A stretch of DNA of 64,000 bases, taken from contig OZ251518.1 of NCBI GenBank assembly GCA_965242965.1, forward strand, positions 1,408,001 through 1,472,000, in the 5' to 3' direction. The notes under the pieces were generated by a model. The model made no database searches. It worked only from the letters and a program-made list of their open reading frames with translations, and was not told the origin of the DNA. Below are positions 36,199 to 47,174 of this stretch, piece by piece. Made by a program: the position numbers and the translations under genes. Within the stretch, counting starts at the first letter, position 1. Each line of letters opens with the position of its first letter. Source of the DNA: Candidatus Poribacteria bacterium. GTDB taxonomy: Bacteria; Poribacteria; WGA-4E; WGA-3G.

Positions 36199-37033
36199 GG
36201 TAGGAGAGACCTCCCGGTCTCGATGCAATAGGGCTCGCCATCATCCGCGTACTCCAACGATCGCGGGGGACAGGCCCCCGCGCTACGGGAAAAAACGCCC
36301 CTCATCGTAGGGCGAGGGCCTGTCCCTCGCCATCGCTCGCGCTAGGGAAAAACGTCTCTTGTTCTCTTAGGTCCTTTAGGTCCTTAATGTCTATAGCCTG
36401 CGCGCCCGCGAAGAACGCTAAGGTCCTTTAGGTCCTTAATGTGTTTTGATGTGCCGTGTGTTTTCCCATTAAGGACCTAAAGGACCTTGAAAACGGGCAG
36501 ATACGTTTTTCTATAGACATTAAGGTCCTAACGGACCTAAAACGCTACCGCTTGACGATGGAGATCGCGGGGGACAGGCCCCCGCGCTACGGAAAAAACG
36601 GCGTGCGTACCGTAGGGCGAGGGCCCTCGCATGCCACACGCGCATCCGAGCGGGTTTCCCTCGCCATCGTTCGCGCGCAAGGTTCTGTAGGTCAGGATCG
36701 CCAGATCCTGAACCGTTTGTGATCAGGCGATCACAAACTACAGCGGAGAAAACACACATCGGGACGTTAGAGATCGCGGGGGACAGGCCCCCGCGCTACG
36801 ATAAAAAACGGCGTGCGTTACCGTAGGGCGAGGGCCTGTCCCTCGCCATGCCTCGGTCCACCGAACGATCGCGGGGGACAGGCCCCCGCGCTATGATAAA
36901 AACGTCCCCTCACCGTAGGGCGAGGGCCTGTCCCTCGCCATGCCTCGGTCCACCGAACGATCGCGGGGGACAGGCCCCCGCGCTACGGAAAAAAACGGCA
37001 CGTCATCGTAGGGCGAGGGCCTGTCCCTCGCCA
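36199..37033. repeat. Large mosaic REP array between convergent genes
   Basis: A, C, B, four-hairpin (36369-36538) and GATCGCC-loop units, plus tandem B/C doublets. Confidence 0.92.
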
Positions 37034-37048
37034 TCGTCCTCCTACCAA

Positions 37049-37996
37049 TTACTGAAAACCGAACCGCTCTTCATATTTCTCCCACACTTCATCGGGGATA
37101 GGCGTGCTTGCGGCGCGGACATTCGCTTCCAACTGCTCAACGTTCAGATTGCCGATGTTATTGCCGTGGATGCGCTCTTCGCGTAGACAGAACTGAAGCG
37201 CGAGCTGGAGCAGATTCACATCTTCTTGGAGGCACCACTGCCAGATTTCACGTGCGCGAGGCACATCGCCATCGTTGCGCCAACGTCCCCGCGCAATCTC
37301 GGCATCAATATCCACCCCGGTCAGGATGCCACGCAGGATGGACCAGCCGTTCATCACACCGATATCCGCTTCGGCGGCGACAGGGAGGATCTCATCAACA
37401 GCTGTCTGCCGAACAAGATTGTAGTCGTTGAAGCACAAAATAAGATCGACATCGCCGGTGGCCATCGCCTTCAGATGGAAATCGTGCGGACGCATCCCGT
37501 AGCCGAGGAAGTGGACTAAGCCGCGCGCTTTGCACTGCAGCAGCCCATCCAACGTTCCCCCTTTCTCTAGCGTCGGATCGATTTCACCCGGGTCGTGAAT
37601 AAGCATGCCGTCTAAGTAGTCCGTGCCGAGTAATTCCAGCTGATCTTCCAGATCTGCAATTGCGCGGTCGGCTGAATAATCCGGTCTGCCCTGGCCGTAG
37701 CCTCCCCATTTCGCCGCGGAATGGCAGCAGAGTCTTGCGGTAATGATGACATCTTCGCGCGGGATTTCCTTGAGTGCCAATCCGAGTTTCCGCATCGAGT
37801 CGCCGTAACAGCGCGCGCAATCGAAATGGTTCACACCGATAGATACGGCGTGTTTGACAAGTGCAACGGCATCCTCATCAGAAACGAACCCGAAGTTGTT
37901 GCCAAACCCCTGCGTGCCAAACGGAATAACCGGGATGCTCAATTCGGTTCTCCCTAAACGCCGTCGAGGGAGTGTGGGTAAAGTCTGATGTGTCAT
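37049..37996 (-). CDS. Aldo/keto reductase
   Basis: RRLGRTELS, GVNHFDCARCYG, LELLGTDYLD..LIHDP. Confidence 0.9.
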   Translation of the reverse strand: MTHQTLPTLPRRRLGRTELSIPVIPFGTQGFGNNFGFVSDEDAVALVKHAVSIGVNHFDCARCYGDSMRKLGLALKEIPREDVIITARLCCHSAAKWGGYGQGRPDYSADRAIADLEDQLELLGTDYLDGMLIHDPGEIDPTLEKGGTLDGLLQCKARGLVHFLGYGMRPHDFHLKAMATGDVDLILCFNDYNLVRQTAVDEILPVAAEADIGVMNGWSILRGILTGVDIDAEIARGRWRNDGDVPRAREIWQWCLQEDVNLLQLALQFCLREERIHGNNIGNLNVEQLEANVRAASTPIPDEVWEKYEERFGFQ

Positions 37997-38056
37997 GAGA
38001 TTCCTCCACATTTTGCCGATAGGCGCGGTTTGACACCGCGCCTACAGGGTTCGTTT

Positions 38057-38683
38057 TTAGTATTTATCCGAACCTTCCAAGGGCAACGGGACTGCCCAGA
38101 TGTTCCTGAACTTCACGAGGTTACCGTGGTCTTGGAGCAACAGCGGACCTGGTTCTCCAACGCCGCCGCCGAGGTTCGCGACAGTTGCGCTGGACAAGAT
38201 GACGTTGTTGAGGATGACGAGGCCGTTCTGTAGCGCGGTCACGCGCGTGTTTTCAACGATTTCGCCTTCATCGTTGAGGCGCGGGGCGCGGAAAATGACA
38301 TCGTAGGACTGCCATTCCAACGGCGGTTTGCAGGCGTTGACAAGCGGCGCGAACTGGTTGTAAATCGCACCGCAATCGCCCATGCCCGGCACCTCAATCC
38401 CGTATGAATCCAAGACCTGGATTTCATACCGGCCTTGCAGGAACACACCGCTGTTGCCCTTGGCTTGTCCGGTGGCATCAGGCATATCGGGTGTCATAAA
38501 TTCAAGGTGCAGGAAATGGTCGGTAAACCGTTCGGTTGTCATAATATCGCCGGTGCGCGGGACGACAGCCATTACGCCGTCTTCCACTGCCCAGCCGGGC
38601 GCGCCGCCATCTCGGGCCGTCCAATTGCTCAAATCATTGCCGTTAAAGAGGACTACGGCGGATTCGGGTGGTGTATGAATCAT
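38057..38683 (-). CDS. DUF1080 (3-keto-disaccharide hydrolase) domain protein
   Basis: LFNGNDLSNW, GNSGVFLQGRYEIQVLD, LQDHG..VKFRNIW. Confidence 0.92.
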   Translation of the reverse strand: MIHTPPESAVVLFNGNDLSNWTARDGGAPGWAVEDGVMAVVPRTGDIMTTERFTDHFLHLEFMTPDMPDATGQAKGNSGVFLQGRYEIQVLDSYGIEVPGMGDCGAIYNQFAPLVNACKPPLEWQSYDVIFRAPRLNDEGEIVENTRVTALQNGLVILNNVILSSATVANLGGGVGEPGPLLLQDHGNLVKFRNIWAVPLPLEGSDKY

Positions 38684-38717
38684 CGTTTTTCCTTTCGGAT
38701 GCTAAAAATTTCCTTTC

Positions 38718-38746
38718 ATTCTAACGCTATTCGTTTTTTTTGTCAA
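38718..38746 (-). promoter_or_regulatory. sigma70 promoter of the DUF1080-AKR genes
   Basis: TTGACA-17-TAGAAT on the minus strand. Confidence 0.65.
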
Positions 38747-38783
38747 ATGGGTTGATTTTTATCGGGAAATGCGTTATTATATT

Positions 38784-39425
38784 GAAGGTGTTTCATATCT
38801 TGATACGTTCGGTAGGAGAGACCTTCTAGTCTCAATGCTGCACTGGTAGGAGAGACTTCCCGGTCTCGGTGCTGCACTGGTAGGAGAGACCTCCTGGTCT
38901 CGATGTTCCCGTAGCGCGTGGGACAGGCCCACGCGTTGTCCAGCGTCACGTTATGTTTTTAGGTCCTTTAGGACCTACATGTCTATAGATACACGTGTCA
39001 GCCCACGTCAAGGTTCTTTAGGTCATTAATAAAAAACACGCGGCCTCTCAAAGTCTATTAAGGACCTAAAGGACCTTAGCGTTCTTCGCGGGCGCGCGTG
39101 CTATAGACATTAAGGACCTAAAGGACCTAAGAGACGTTTTTTCATCGTAGTGCGGGGGCCTGTCCCCCGCGATGGTTGGATTGCGCGAGGCATGGCGAGG
39201 GACAGGCCCTCGCCCTACGACGAAGGGAAGGCGTTATTTTTTCTAGCGCGGGGGCCCCTCGGATGCCATCCGCGCATCCGAGCGGGTTTCCCCCGCGATG
39301 GTTGGATTGCGCGAGGCATGGCGAGGGACAGGCCCTCGCCCTACGATGAAGGGGGCTTTCTGCCGCCGCGCCCCCGGTAGGCGCGCTGCCCTATTGCATC
39401 GAGACCGGGAGGTCTCTCCTACGGA
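38784..39425. repeat. Mosaic REP array with an inverted end at the left edge
   Basis: GAAGGTGTTTCATAT at 38784; A x3, four-hairpin (38961-39128), C/B doublets, A. Confidence 0.9.
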
Positions 39426-39532
39426 AAGGTGTACGTTGAGACAAGGCGGGTGTCCATTGAGACCGGGAGGACGCGCCGTTTTCTTTTTCCGGAAATTTTT
39501 GATAGCCCGGCGTAAATCGGTGAGAAACAGAG

Positions 39533-41782
39533 ATGGACACGCTTCAAGGTATTCTCGAACGCATCGTTTTTGAAAACCCCGACAACGGCTATACCGTCGG
39601 CAGATTTTCCGCGCGCGGGCACCCGGAACTCGTCACCGTTGTCGGCAATCTCGTCTCCGTGAATCCCGGCGAAAGTCTGATCTTGCAAGGCACGTGGGTA
39701 GATACCGCCCGATACGGCAGACAATTCAAAATCGAACGCTACGAGACCATCTTGCCTGCTAATATCATGGGGTTGAGGAAATACTTGGGTTCTGGGCTGA
39801 TTAAAGGCATCGGCCCAAAAATGGCGGCGCGGATTGTCAACAAGTTCGGCATGGATACGATGGATGTCATTGAGCAGGCTCCGGAAAAACTGGCACGTAT
39901 CCCCGGCATCGGTAGGAAGCGCGTCACGATGATTCGGCAGGCGTGGGACGCACAGCGCGAGATTAAAAATGTGATGCTCTTCTTGCAATCGCACGATGTC
40001 AGCACGGCGCACGCCGCCAAGATTTACAAAACCTACGAGAATGACGCGATTCCGGTCGTCACCGAAAACCCGTATCGTCTCGCCGACGACATTTACGGCA
40101 TCGGGTTTGTCACGGCGGATACCATCGCACAGAAACTTGGCATGGAGAAGGACGCGCCGCAACGCGTGCAGGCAGGCATCAAATACGTGCTGAGTCAAAA
40201 AGCAGATGAAGGACACGTCTTCCAACATCGCGCGGAACTGATTGAAGCGTGCCAAGAAATTCTGGCGCAGGAACCAGAAGCAATCGAGGCTGGCATCCTC
40301 GCGCTTGCTGAAAAAGAAGAAATTATCCTACCTGTCTATAGTATTGAACAGCCTTCTCAGGAAATAGGGGAATTGGTTATCCCCATTGTTGAGGAGGAGT
40401 CACAAACCGCGCCTCCCGCCGCGGATACCGATGCTATCTACCTCGCGCCTTTCTATTATGCCGAACTAGGAGTCGCGAACCAGTTTTCGCGCCTGCTATC
40501 TAGCCGGAACCGCGAACGCAGTTCGCCGCTAAATATTGACGCGTCTTTGCGGCAGTTAGAAGCGGAGATGCGCATCCGTTTCGCGCCACAGCAACGCGAG
40601 GCGATTCACACCGCGCTCTCGGAACAAGCGATGATTCTCACAGGCGGACCCGGCACCGGTAAAACGACTACCACCGTCGGCATGATTCGGCTGTTTGAAG
40701 CGGAAGGGAGACGCATCGCCTTGACAGCCCCGACCGGGCGCGCCGCCAAACGGCTCAGCGAAACAACCGGACGCGAGGCAAAGACAATACATCGCCTGCT
40801 GGAATTCTCGCCGCAAGAAAACGGCTTTAAACGGAATCGGCGCAATCCGCTGGAAGCAGACGTGGTGATTGTCGATGAGATGTCCATGGTAGATATGGTT
40901 TTGATGAACCGGTTTATGCAGGCGATTCGTCTCGGCGCAACCCTCATCCTGATTGGTGATACGGACCAGCTGCCCTCTGTCGGCGCGGGAAATGTGTTGC
41001 GTTCGCTCATCGATTCGGGAAAGATACCGGTGATTAAACTGACAGAGATTTTCCGCCAAGCGCAGCAGAGCATGATTGTGACGAACGCGCATCGGATTAA
41101 CACGGGAGAATTGCCGCAGCTCACCGGTCCCGCGGATAGGAACTTCTTTTTTATTGAGGAGACAGAACCGGAGGCGGCGGCAGAACTCATCTGCTCGCTC
41201 ATCTCGGAACGTTTACCGCGGCACTACAATTACCATCCGATGGACGACATTCAGCTGCTGTGCCCGATGCGGCGCGGTGTCCTCGGTTCTGAAAACCTTA
41301 ACAAACGGCTTCAAGAGGTGTTGAACCCCGGAGGTGGGACTTCAAGTCCCGAAGCCATCCGTGGCTGGCAAGCATTCCGTGTCGGCGACAAAGTGATGCA
41401 AGTCCGCAACAACTACGACTACGAGGTGTTCAACGGCGACATCGGCAGGATTATCGGCATCAATTCAGTAGATAAGAAGGTCCGCGTCCAATTCCCAGAT
41501 AAACGGGTGGATTACGACATGGCAGACTTGGGCGAACTCGTCTTGGCGTATGCGACGACTATCCACAAAGCGCAAGGCAGTGAATACCCGGCAGTGGTGA
41601 TTCCGTTGCACACGCAGCACTACCTCATGTTGCAACGGAATCTACTTTACACCGGCATCACTCGTGCGAAGGAGCGAGTCGTGATCGTCGGCACGAAACA
41701 AGCACTCGGTTTGTGTATCCGCAACAATCAGGTGATGGAACGTAATAGTTATCTTGCGGAACGGATGCAATTGGAATTGTAA
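39533..41782 (+). CDS. recD2: ATP-dependent RecD2-like DNA helicase
   Basis: N-terminal HhH region, Walker A GGPGTGKTT, APTGRAAKR, DEMSM, TIHKAQGSEY, LLYTGITRAK. Confidence 0.95.
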   Translation: MDTLQGILERIVFENPDNGYTVGRFSARGHPELVTVVGNLVSVNPGESLILQGTWVDTARYGRQFKIERYETILPANIMGLRKYLGSGLIKGIGPKMAARIVNKFGMDTMDVIEQAPEKLARIPGIGRKRVTMIRQAWDAQREIKNVMLFLQSHDVSTAHAAKIYKTYENDAIPVVTENPYRLADDIYGIGFVTADTIAQKLGMEKDAPQRVQAGIKYVLSQKADEGHVFQHRAELIEACQEILAQEPEAIEAGILALAEKEEIILPVYSIEQPSQEIGELVIPIVEEESQTAPPAADTDAIYLAPFYYAELGVANQFSRLLSSRNRERSSPLNIDASLRQLEAEMRIRFAPQQREAIHTALSEQAMILTGGPGTGKTTTTVGMIRLFEAEGRRIALTAPTGRAAKRLSETTGREAKTIHRLLEFSPQENGFKRNRRNPLEADVVIVDEMSMVDMVLMNRFMQAIRLGATLILIGDTDQLPSVGAGNVLRSLIDSGKIPVIKLTEIFRQAQQSMIVTNAHRINTGELPQLTGPADRNFFFIEETEPEAAAELICSLISERLPRHYNYHPMDDIQLLCPMRRGVLGSENLNKRLQEVLNPGGGTSSPEAIRGWQAFRVGDKVMQVRNNYDYEVFNGDIGRIIGINSVDKKVRVQFPDKRVDYDMADLGELVLAYATTIHKAQGSEYPAVVIPLHTQHYLMLQRNLLYTGITRAKERVVIVGTKQALGLCIRNNQVMERNSYLAERMQLEL

Positions 41783-41803
41783 GCGAGAGCTGCGCGATGC
41801 CCA

Positions 41804-42031
41804 TTACTTCTCCGCTTTAGCGCGAACCGACGGTGATGTTAACTTTGGCGAGTCTTTTCTGGGTTGCGTCTCGGCAAACGTGTATTCGCCGGATTGGCGC
41901 AAGTTGCTTTCCAATGTTTGGCAATATGCAGCCAATAGGCTGACATCGTGCCCGAATTCTGCCGAAATTTCGTGTCGAATTTTGCGAATGTCCTTCACTT
42001 CTTTGCAGGCGAGAATTGTTTCTTTTTCCAT
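41804..42031 (-). CDS. Small protein, putative antitoxin partner of the PIN gene
   Basis: EVKDIRKIRHEISAEFGHD-type sequence; starts 2 nt after the PIN gene stop. Confidence 0.65.
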   Translation of the reverse strand: MEKETILACKEVKDIRKIRHEISAEFGHDVSLLAAYCQTLESNLRQSGEYTFAETQPRKDSPKLTSPSVRAKAEK

Positions 42032-42032
42032 T

Positions 42033-42509
42033 TTAAGGCATCCCTCCCAAAGAGTCAAGAGGTGTCGTTAATTCTGGCGTGGGTAAGCCAAATTCACGAT
42101 TAATCTGAAGAATCAAACCTAACTTATTAGGATTGGCAAGGTGCAGACAATTCCATGTGAGAATCACGTCTACCTCATGAAACGAGGCAACTGCCAAGTG
42201 AAGCGCATCACCTGTTGGGTCTTGAGGCATTATCCCCCTCCCAATATAAGTTTGCGCAATCTGAATAATTTCCACAGTGATCGGCAACATCTCAACGGAT
42301 TTGAGCAAGTTAATCCTATCTTGCGTCGCCGCGCTTTGCCCGCGTCTGAGCTCCAAAATGGTAGTCGCACTTGATGTGAGGATAAAGCGATTCGCGTATA
42401 CACTCCACCACTGACGCGTCAACCTTTTTCGAGTAAGAGCGGCTTCGCTAGTCCGCAAAGTGTAATAGTTACTGGGAATTGATGTCTCAATGTATATACG
42501 TTTTCGCAT
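42033..42509 (-). CDS. PIN-domain (VapC-like) toxin
   Basis: IYIETSIPS, E, DALHLAVA, ILTWNC.HLAN. Confidence 0.88.
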   Translation of the reverse strand: MRKRIYIETSIPSNYYTLRTSEAALTRKRLTRQWWSVYANRFILTSSATTILELRRGQSAATQDRINLLKSVEMLPITVEIIQIAQTYIGRGIMPQDPTGDALHLAVASFHEVDVILTWNCLHLANPNKLGLILQINREFGLPTPELTTPLDSLGGMP

Positions 42510-42520
42510 GGTTGCAACAA

Positions 42521-42549
42521 ATTATACCTTAAAAAAATTTAATTGTCAA
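42521..42549 (-). promoter_or_regulatory. Consensus sigma70 promoter of the TA pair
   Basis: TTGACA-17-TATAAT ending 11 nt before the ATG. Confidence 0.75.
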
Positions 42550-42582
42550 ATCCAGTGCCATCTCGTCCAGAACTATTTAGTT

Positions 42583-42975
42583 GAGGGTGTTTCATAAATA
42601 CCGATAGAAAAACGAGGGAGGACCGCGCATCGGGCTCACTCTGTAGTTCGGGATCGCCCGATCCCGAACAGGTCAGGATCAGGCGATCCTGACCTACAGG
42701 GGTGACGAGGTCTGCGAGCAAAACGCATGGCGAGGGAAACCCGCTCGCATGCGCGTGTGGAAACCTGCGAGGGACAGGCCCTCGTTCTACGGTGAAGTGC
42801 CGTTTTTTCACCGTAGCGCGGGGGCCTGTCCCCCGCGATCGTTGGAGTGCGCGAGCGATGGCGAGGGAAACCTCGCATGCGCGTGTGGCATCCGAGGGCC
42901 CAAGCCCTACGATGAAGGGGCCCTATTGCATCGAGACCGGGAGGTCTCTCCTACACGGATTTATGAACCACCCTC
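42583..42975. mobile_element. MITE-like element: inverted ends enclosing REP cargo
   Basis: GAGGGTGTTTCATAAAT ... ATTTATGAACCACCCTC (16/17 complementary). Confidence 0.62.
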
Positions 42976-42996
42976 CGTTAAACTCACCTAAGACTT

Positions 42997-43025
42997 TTGA
43001 CAAAAAACACTTTTTTTGGTATCAT
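42997..43025 (+). promoter_or_regulatory. sigma70 promoter of the methyltransferase
   Basis: TTGACA-17-TATCAT. Confidence 0.65.
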
Positions 43026-43048
43026 TTTTCCCATAAGGAGAATTAACA

Positions 43049-44503
43049 ATGCTAATCATGCCTGAAATGAATAGCCTCCACTACGGCGATAACCTCCATA
43101 TCATGCGCACATGGCGCGAGGGATGGGTAGACATCGCTTACGCGGATCCGCCGTTTAACAGCAAGGCGAACTATAACCAACTCTATCGCGTTGAAACCGA
43201 GACAAACCAAGGCACCCGCTCCGCCTCCCTCAAAGCGTTTGAGGATACATGGACATGGGGCGCGCCCGCGGTTGAACGCATTGAACGCATTAAAAATGCC
43301 CCGGCGCATCCCGCCTATAAAGCCATCACCGCGCTTCATATCCTCCTCGGAGACAGCGGCATGATGGCATATCTCAGTTATATGGCGGAACGCCTCGTCG
43401 AAATCCATCGCCTCCTCAAACCCACAGGAAGTCTCTATCTCCATTGCGATAACACCGCGGGAGCGCATCTCCAGATTTTGTTGGACGACATCTTCGGTCC
43501 CAAGCAGTTTCGGAATGCGATTCGATGGTGCTATTCCAACAGCGGCCGTTCAAAACGGTTCTTCGTCAAGAAGCACGATACCATCCTCCTCTACACCAAA
43601 ACCGACGCGGCGTATTGGGGAGATTACCGGATACCGATTAGCGACGAATATCTGGAAAGTCATTATCGGCATGTTGACGAACAAGGACGCAGATGCCGCG
43701 TTCGCGTTGACGCAGGGCAAACGCGAGTCTACTATCCCGAAGAGGGAATGACGTGCAACGATTGGTGGACAGATATTCCATCACTGAACTCTGTCGCGAA
43801 GGAGCGGCTGGGATATCCGACACAGAAGCCGGTCGCGCTGTTAGAACGCATCATTGCGGCCTCATCGAGAGAGGGAGACATTGTGCTAGATCCGTTTTGT
43901 GGCTGCGGCACGACAGTCGTCGCGGCGGATACCCTGAAGCGGCAGTGGGTTGGCGTGGACATCAACCCGATTGCGCTGGATATTATCAAGACGCATCGGT
44001 TTCCGGGACGTGACATTCCTATCACGGGCATCCCTGCGGATTTTGCGAGTGCGGAACGGCTAGCACAGGAAAATCGTCGTCATTTTGAGATATGGGCTAT
44101 CGGCTGCGTGCCGGGCCTCGCGCCGAACGAACGCGGCGGTGCCGATGGCGGGATTGACGGTGTCGGCAACACCGTCGAGAAACCGGGGGATGGTTTCAAA
44201 CCGCTGGTGCTTGCGCAAGTGAAGAGCGGCAAGTTTTCGCTGAGCCATCTCCGCGATTTTCTGCACGTGATAGAACGAGAGAAGGCCGCCCTGGGGATTT
44301 ACCTGACGCTGTTTCCGGTGACATCTCCGAGCGCGGCGGCAGAGATAGCCAACAAAGGCACGGTTATTATCGGCACGGAGACGTTTCCGCGTGTGCAATG
44401 CTATTCAATGTCGGAGCATTTTGATGGGCAGCGCGGCAGGTTGCAGTTGCCGCAGTTGACAGATCCGTATACGGGAAAGCCGTTGCAAAATTTGTTGTGG
44501 TAG
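43049..44503 (+). CDS. Beta-class N6A/N4C DNA methyltransferase fused to an Mrr-like endonuclease domain
   Basis: DPPFN, YPTQKP..LLERII, LDPFCGCGTT; C-terminal DGGIDG...AQVKSG. Confidence 0.9.
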   Translation: MLIMPEMNSLHYGDNLHIMRTWREGWVDIAYADPPFNSKANYNQLYRVETETNQGTRSASLKAFEDTWTWGAPAVERIERIKNAPAHPAYKAITALHILLGDSGMMAYLSYMAERLVEIHRLLKPTGSLYLHCDNTAGAHLQILLDDIFGPKQFRNAIRWCYSNSGRSKRFFVKKHDTILLYTKTDAAYWGDYRIPISDEYLESHYRHVDEQGRRCRVRVDAGQTRVYYPEEGMTCNDWWTDIPSLNSVAKERLGYPTQKPVALLERIIAASSREGDIVLDPFCGCGTTVVAADTLKRQWVGVDINPIALDIIKTHRFPGRDIPITGIPADFASAERLAQENRRHFEIWAIGCVPGLAPNERGGADGGIDGVGNTVEKPGDGFKPLVLAQVKSGKFSLSHLRDFLHVIEREKAALGIYLTLFPVTSPSAAAEIANKGTVIIGTETFPRVQCYSMSEHFDGQRGRLQLPQLTDPYTGKPLQNLLW

Positions 44504-44546
44504 TCGCTGAGATCCAATTCAATGCGGCAGAAATCCCCCCTTCATC

Positions 44547-45592
44547 GTAGGGCGAGGGCCTGTCCCTCGCCGTGCCTCGGTCAGCACGGGAAACGGCCTT
44601 GGACGGCGGGTGGTTTTCGCGCGGGTCGGGTGCTCGCGGGGGACAGGCCCCCGCGCTACGGGCCGGGAAAGGGTTTTAGGTCCGTAGGACCTTAATGTCT
44701 ATAGTTCGCGCGGACCGCCAAGTCCTCAAGGTCTTTTAGGACCTTAATGTTTTCTGCGGCGGTGCATCTGCTGCAGATTAAGGACCTAAAGGACCTTCGC
44801 GTTTTTTTCGGTCGGCGGGTGACTATAGACATGCAGGACCTAAAGGACCTGAAGAGATGTTTTCATGGGTGCGCTCGCGGGGGACAGGCCCCCGCGCTAC
44901 GGTTTGCAAGGCCGCCTCCGTTTCACCGTAGGGCGAGGGACGGGCCCTCGCCGTGCCATCGGGTACACGAGAGATCGCGGGGGACAGGCCCCCGCGCTAC
45001 GGGCCCGGAAAGGGTTCTCCTCGTCATGCGCCGTTCAGAATCAGGTGCTCCCGAACTACAGTCTCTTATAGGTCCGTAGGACCTTAATGTCTATAGTTCG
45101 CGCAGGCCGCCAAGTTTCTCAAGGTCCGTAGGACCTTAATGTTTTCTGCGGCGGTGCATTTGCTGCCTATTAAGGACCTAAAGGACCTTAGTTTTTTTCT
45201 GTCGGCGAGGTTCTATAGACATGCAGGACCTAAAGGACCTGAAGAGATGTTTTCACAGGCGAGATCGCGGGGGACAGGCCCCCGCGCTACGGTGAAAAAA
45301 CGGCGTGCGTTACCGTAGGGCGTGGGCCCTCGCAGGTTTCTACACGCGCATGCGAGTAGGATTCCCTCGCCCAGGCCCTGTAGGTCAGGATCGCCTGATC
45401 CTGACCTGTTTGTGATCAGGCGATCACAAACTACAGAGAGAACGAAAGAAACGCCACTTGCCGATGGAGATCGCGGGGGACAGGCCCCCGCGCTACGGTG
45501 AAAAAAACGGCGTGCGTTCCCGTAGGGCGAGGGCCTGTCCCTCGCCATCGTTCGTGCTACGGGAACATCGAGACCGGGAGGTCTCTTCTACC
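44547..45592. repeat. Largest mosaic REP array, with a duplicated four-hairpin element
   Basis: Closely similar 44678-44850 and 45070-45240; B, C, GATCGCC-loop and A units. Confidence 0.92.
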
Positions 45593-45633
45593 GGGGAAGC
45601 GGATGTCTATATCCGTTCCTCATGAAAGGCTTC

Positions 45634-46410
45634 TCATGCCTGAATCATCGCCCGGAAGTTCTTGGTAAATTCGCAGCTGCGCTTGATGCTCGCCACGTCC
45701 TCCATCTTATATTGGACGACGAGGGGACCCGCGAAGCCAATCTCTTTCAAGCCGCGCGCAAACGTCTCAAAATCAAACACACCGCCGCCCGGCTCACCGC
45801 GATTGCTTCCAGAGACATGCACATCGCCGAGGCATGCCTTCATCGCGTGTGCGGCGGCGTGCGGTGCCGCATCATCGTTGAAAAGGTGATACGTATCGCA
45901 GGTAAGATAAACAGGTAATCCTGTATCCTCAATGAACGCGATGCCTTCGCGGTAGTTGTCAAGTGGGCATCCCTTCTCGAACTCCAGCGCGATTTTGATG
46001 CCGTTTTCTTCACACGGGACAGTCATCCGCGACAGGTTTTCTGCGAGTGTATCCAATGATTCTTCTCGCGATGCATCGGCGGAAGGATTCACCCACACCC
46101 CGATGACATCAGACTCAAAACGGCGTGCAACTTCCAGCACAATCTCAAAGTGTTTGAGTGCCTCGTCTTTTTTGGAAGGTGTCGTCAAAATATGGTTGCC
46201 GAAGCCGATTGTCGGCGCGATGAGGTTGTGTTTCTCGGCGAGGTTGACTGCATCCGCTATGCCAGCGGGGTAGGAGAGTTCACCGAGAAATGCGGCATTC
46301 ACAGGGATGTTGATGCCTTCGTATCCCGCCGCCGCGACAAGATCGAAGATTTCGGCACGCGTGAATCTGCCTAAAGTGCCAGCGTAAGGGTCATAGCAAA
46401 CAGGTAGCAT
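45634..46410 (-). CDS. Sugar phosphate isomerase/epimerase (xylose-isomerase-like TIM barrel)
   Basis: AGYEGI, IALE, DTYHL, HVSGSNRGEPGGG. Confidence 0.85.
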   Translation of the reverse strand: MLPVCYDPYAGTLGRFTRAEIFDLVAAAGYEGINIPVNAAFLGELSYPAGIADAVNLAEKHNLIAPTIGFGNHILTTPSKKDEALKHFEIVLEVARRFESDVIGVWVNPSADASREESLDTLAENLSRMTVPCEENGIKIALEFEKGCPLDNYREGIAFIEDTGLPVYLTCDTYHLFNDDAAPHAAAHAMKACLGDVHVSGSNRGEPGGGVFDFETFARGLKEIGFAGPLVVQYKMEDVASIKRSCEFTKNFRAMIQA

Positions 46411-46632
46411 TTTTTCTCCTTAGAAAGATTTTTGAGGGTATGCTAGCATGAATGCAGTTCTGTGTCAAGCCATAATTTTGAAGATACCCTCTCTTGAAGT
46501 TTACTAACCTTAGTGTTGATTTACGCAGAAGAGCCCCGTTGTCGCGCTTTGGAAACGCGATAGCGGTGACATGGTGGTAGGCACGGTTGAAAACCTCGCC
46601 TATTAATTTTTCAGACTAAAGGAGCATATTTC

Positions 46633-47106
46633 ATGAATCGCATTTTTTGGAGCGGACTTTCCGTGATTGCAATGATGCTGGCGGTTTCTGTGATGAGCAG
46701 CTGCTCTCGGACAGATGACTTGCCCCTCAGCGATAACGGCGAAGAATCTAACACCGAATTCGCGCTGGATGCGCAATATGACCGGGTGCGTTACGGTGCC
46801 CGGCTCATCTTGGCATACGATGCGCAGACGAATTCCTTCAAAGGCACCGTCGAAAACACGACAAACGCAACGCTGAAGCAGGTGCGCGTGGAAGTCCACT
46901 TGTCAAACGGAATAGAACTCGGCCCGACACCGCCGGGGGATCTCGCACCCGGTGAGACAAGAGACATCGTCCTCGTCGCAACGAGCACCGACTTCAACGG
47001 ATGGACAGCACATCCTGAAGTCGGCGGTGGCGGCGAATCCGGTGAAGGCGAACATAGCGGCGAATCGGGGGAACATACCGGCGAGCAAGGAAATGAACAC
47101 AATTAG
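46633..47106 (+). CDS. Lipoprotein with an Ig-like (FxLYD-like) domain and a Gly/Glu/His tail
   Basis: MSSC lipobox; GTVENTT...VRVEV.L..G..LG...L.PGET; GEH repeats. Confidence 0.78.
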   Translation: MNRIFWSGLSVIAMMLAVSVMSSCSRTDDLPLSDNGEESNTEFALDAQYDRVRYGARLILAYDAQTNSFKGTVENTTNATLKQVRVEVHLSNGIELGPTPPGDLAPGETRDIVLVATSTDFNGWTAHPEVGGGGESGEGEHSGESGEHTGEQGNEHN

Positions 47107-47174
47107 GAGGAAGCAAAAAGGGATGGGGGAACTCGGTTATGGGGTTTCCCTATTCCTGTATCCCTAAATTCACT

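Noticed and set aside
36456-37186. Short ORFs with IETGRSLL / RARACPSP / GPVPR / RSGSPDPD peptides here and in most intergenic regions
   Set aside because: Translations of REP DNA with no RBS or domain. The same applies to the ORF-track N-terminal extensions of the genes at 3538, 10934, 16869 and 47798.
40330-40435. Acidic insertion in RecD2 as a possible intein or REP insert
   Set aside because: About 30 aa with no intein termini and no repeat sequence; likely a variable linker.
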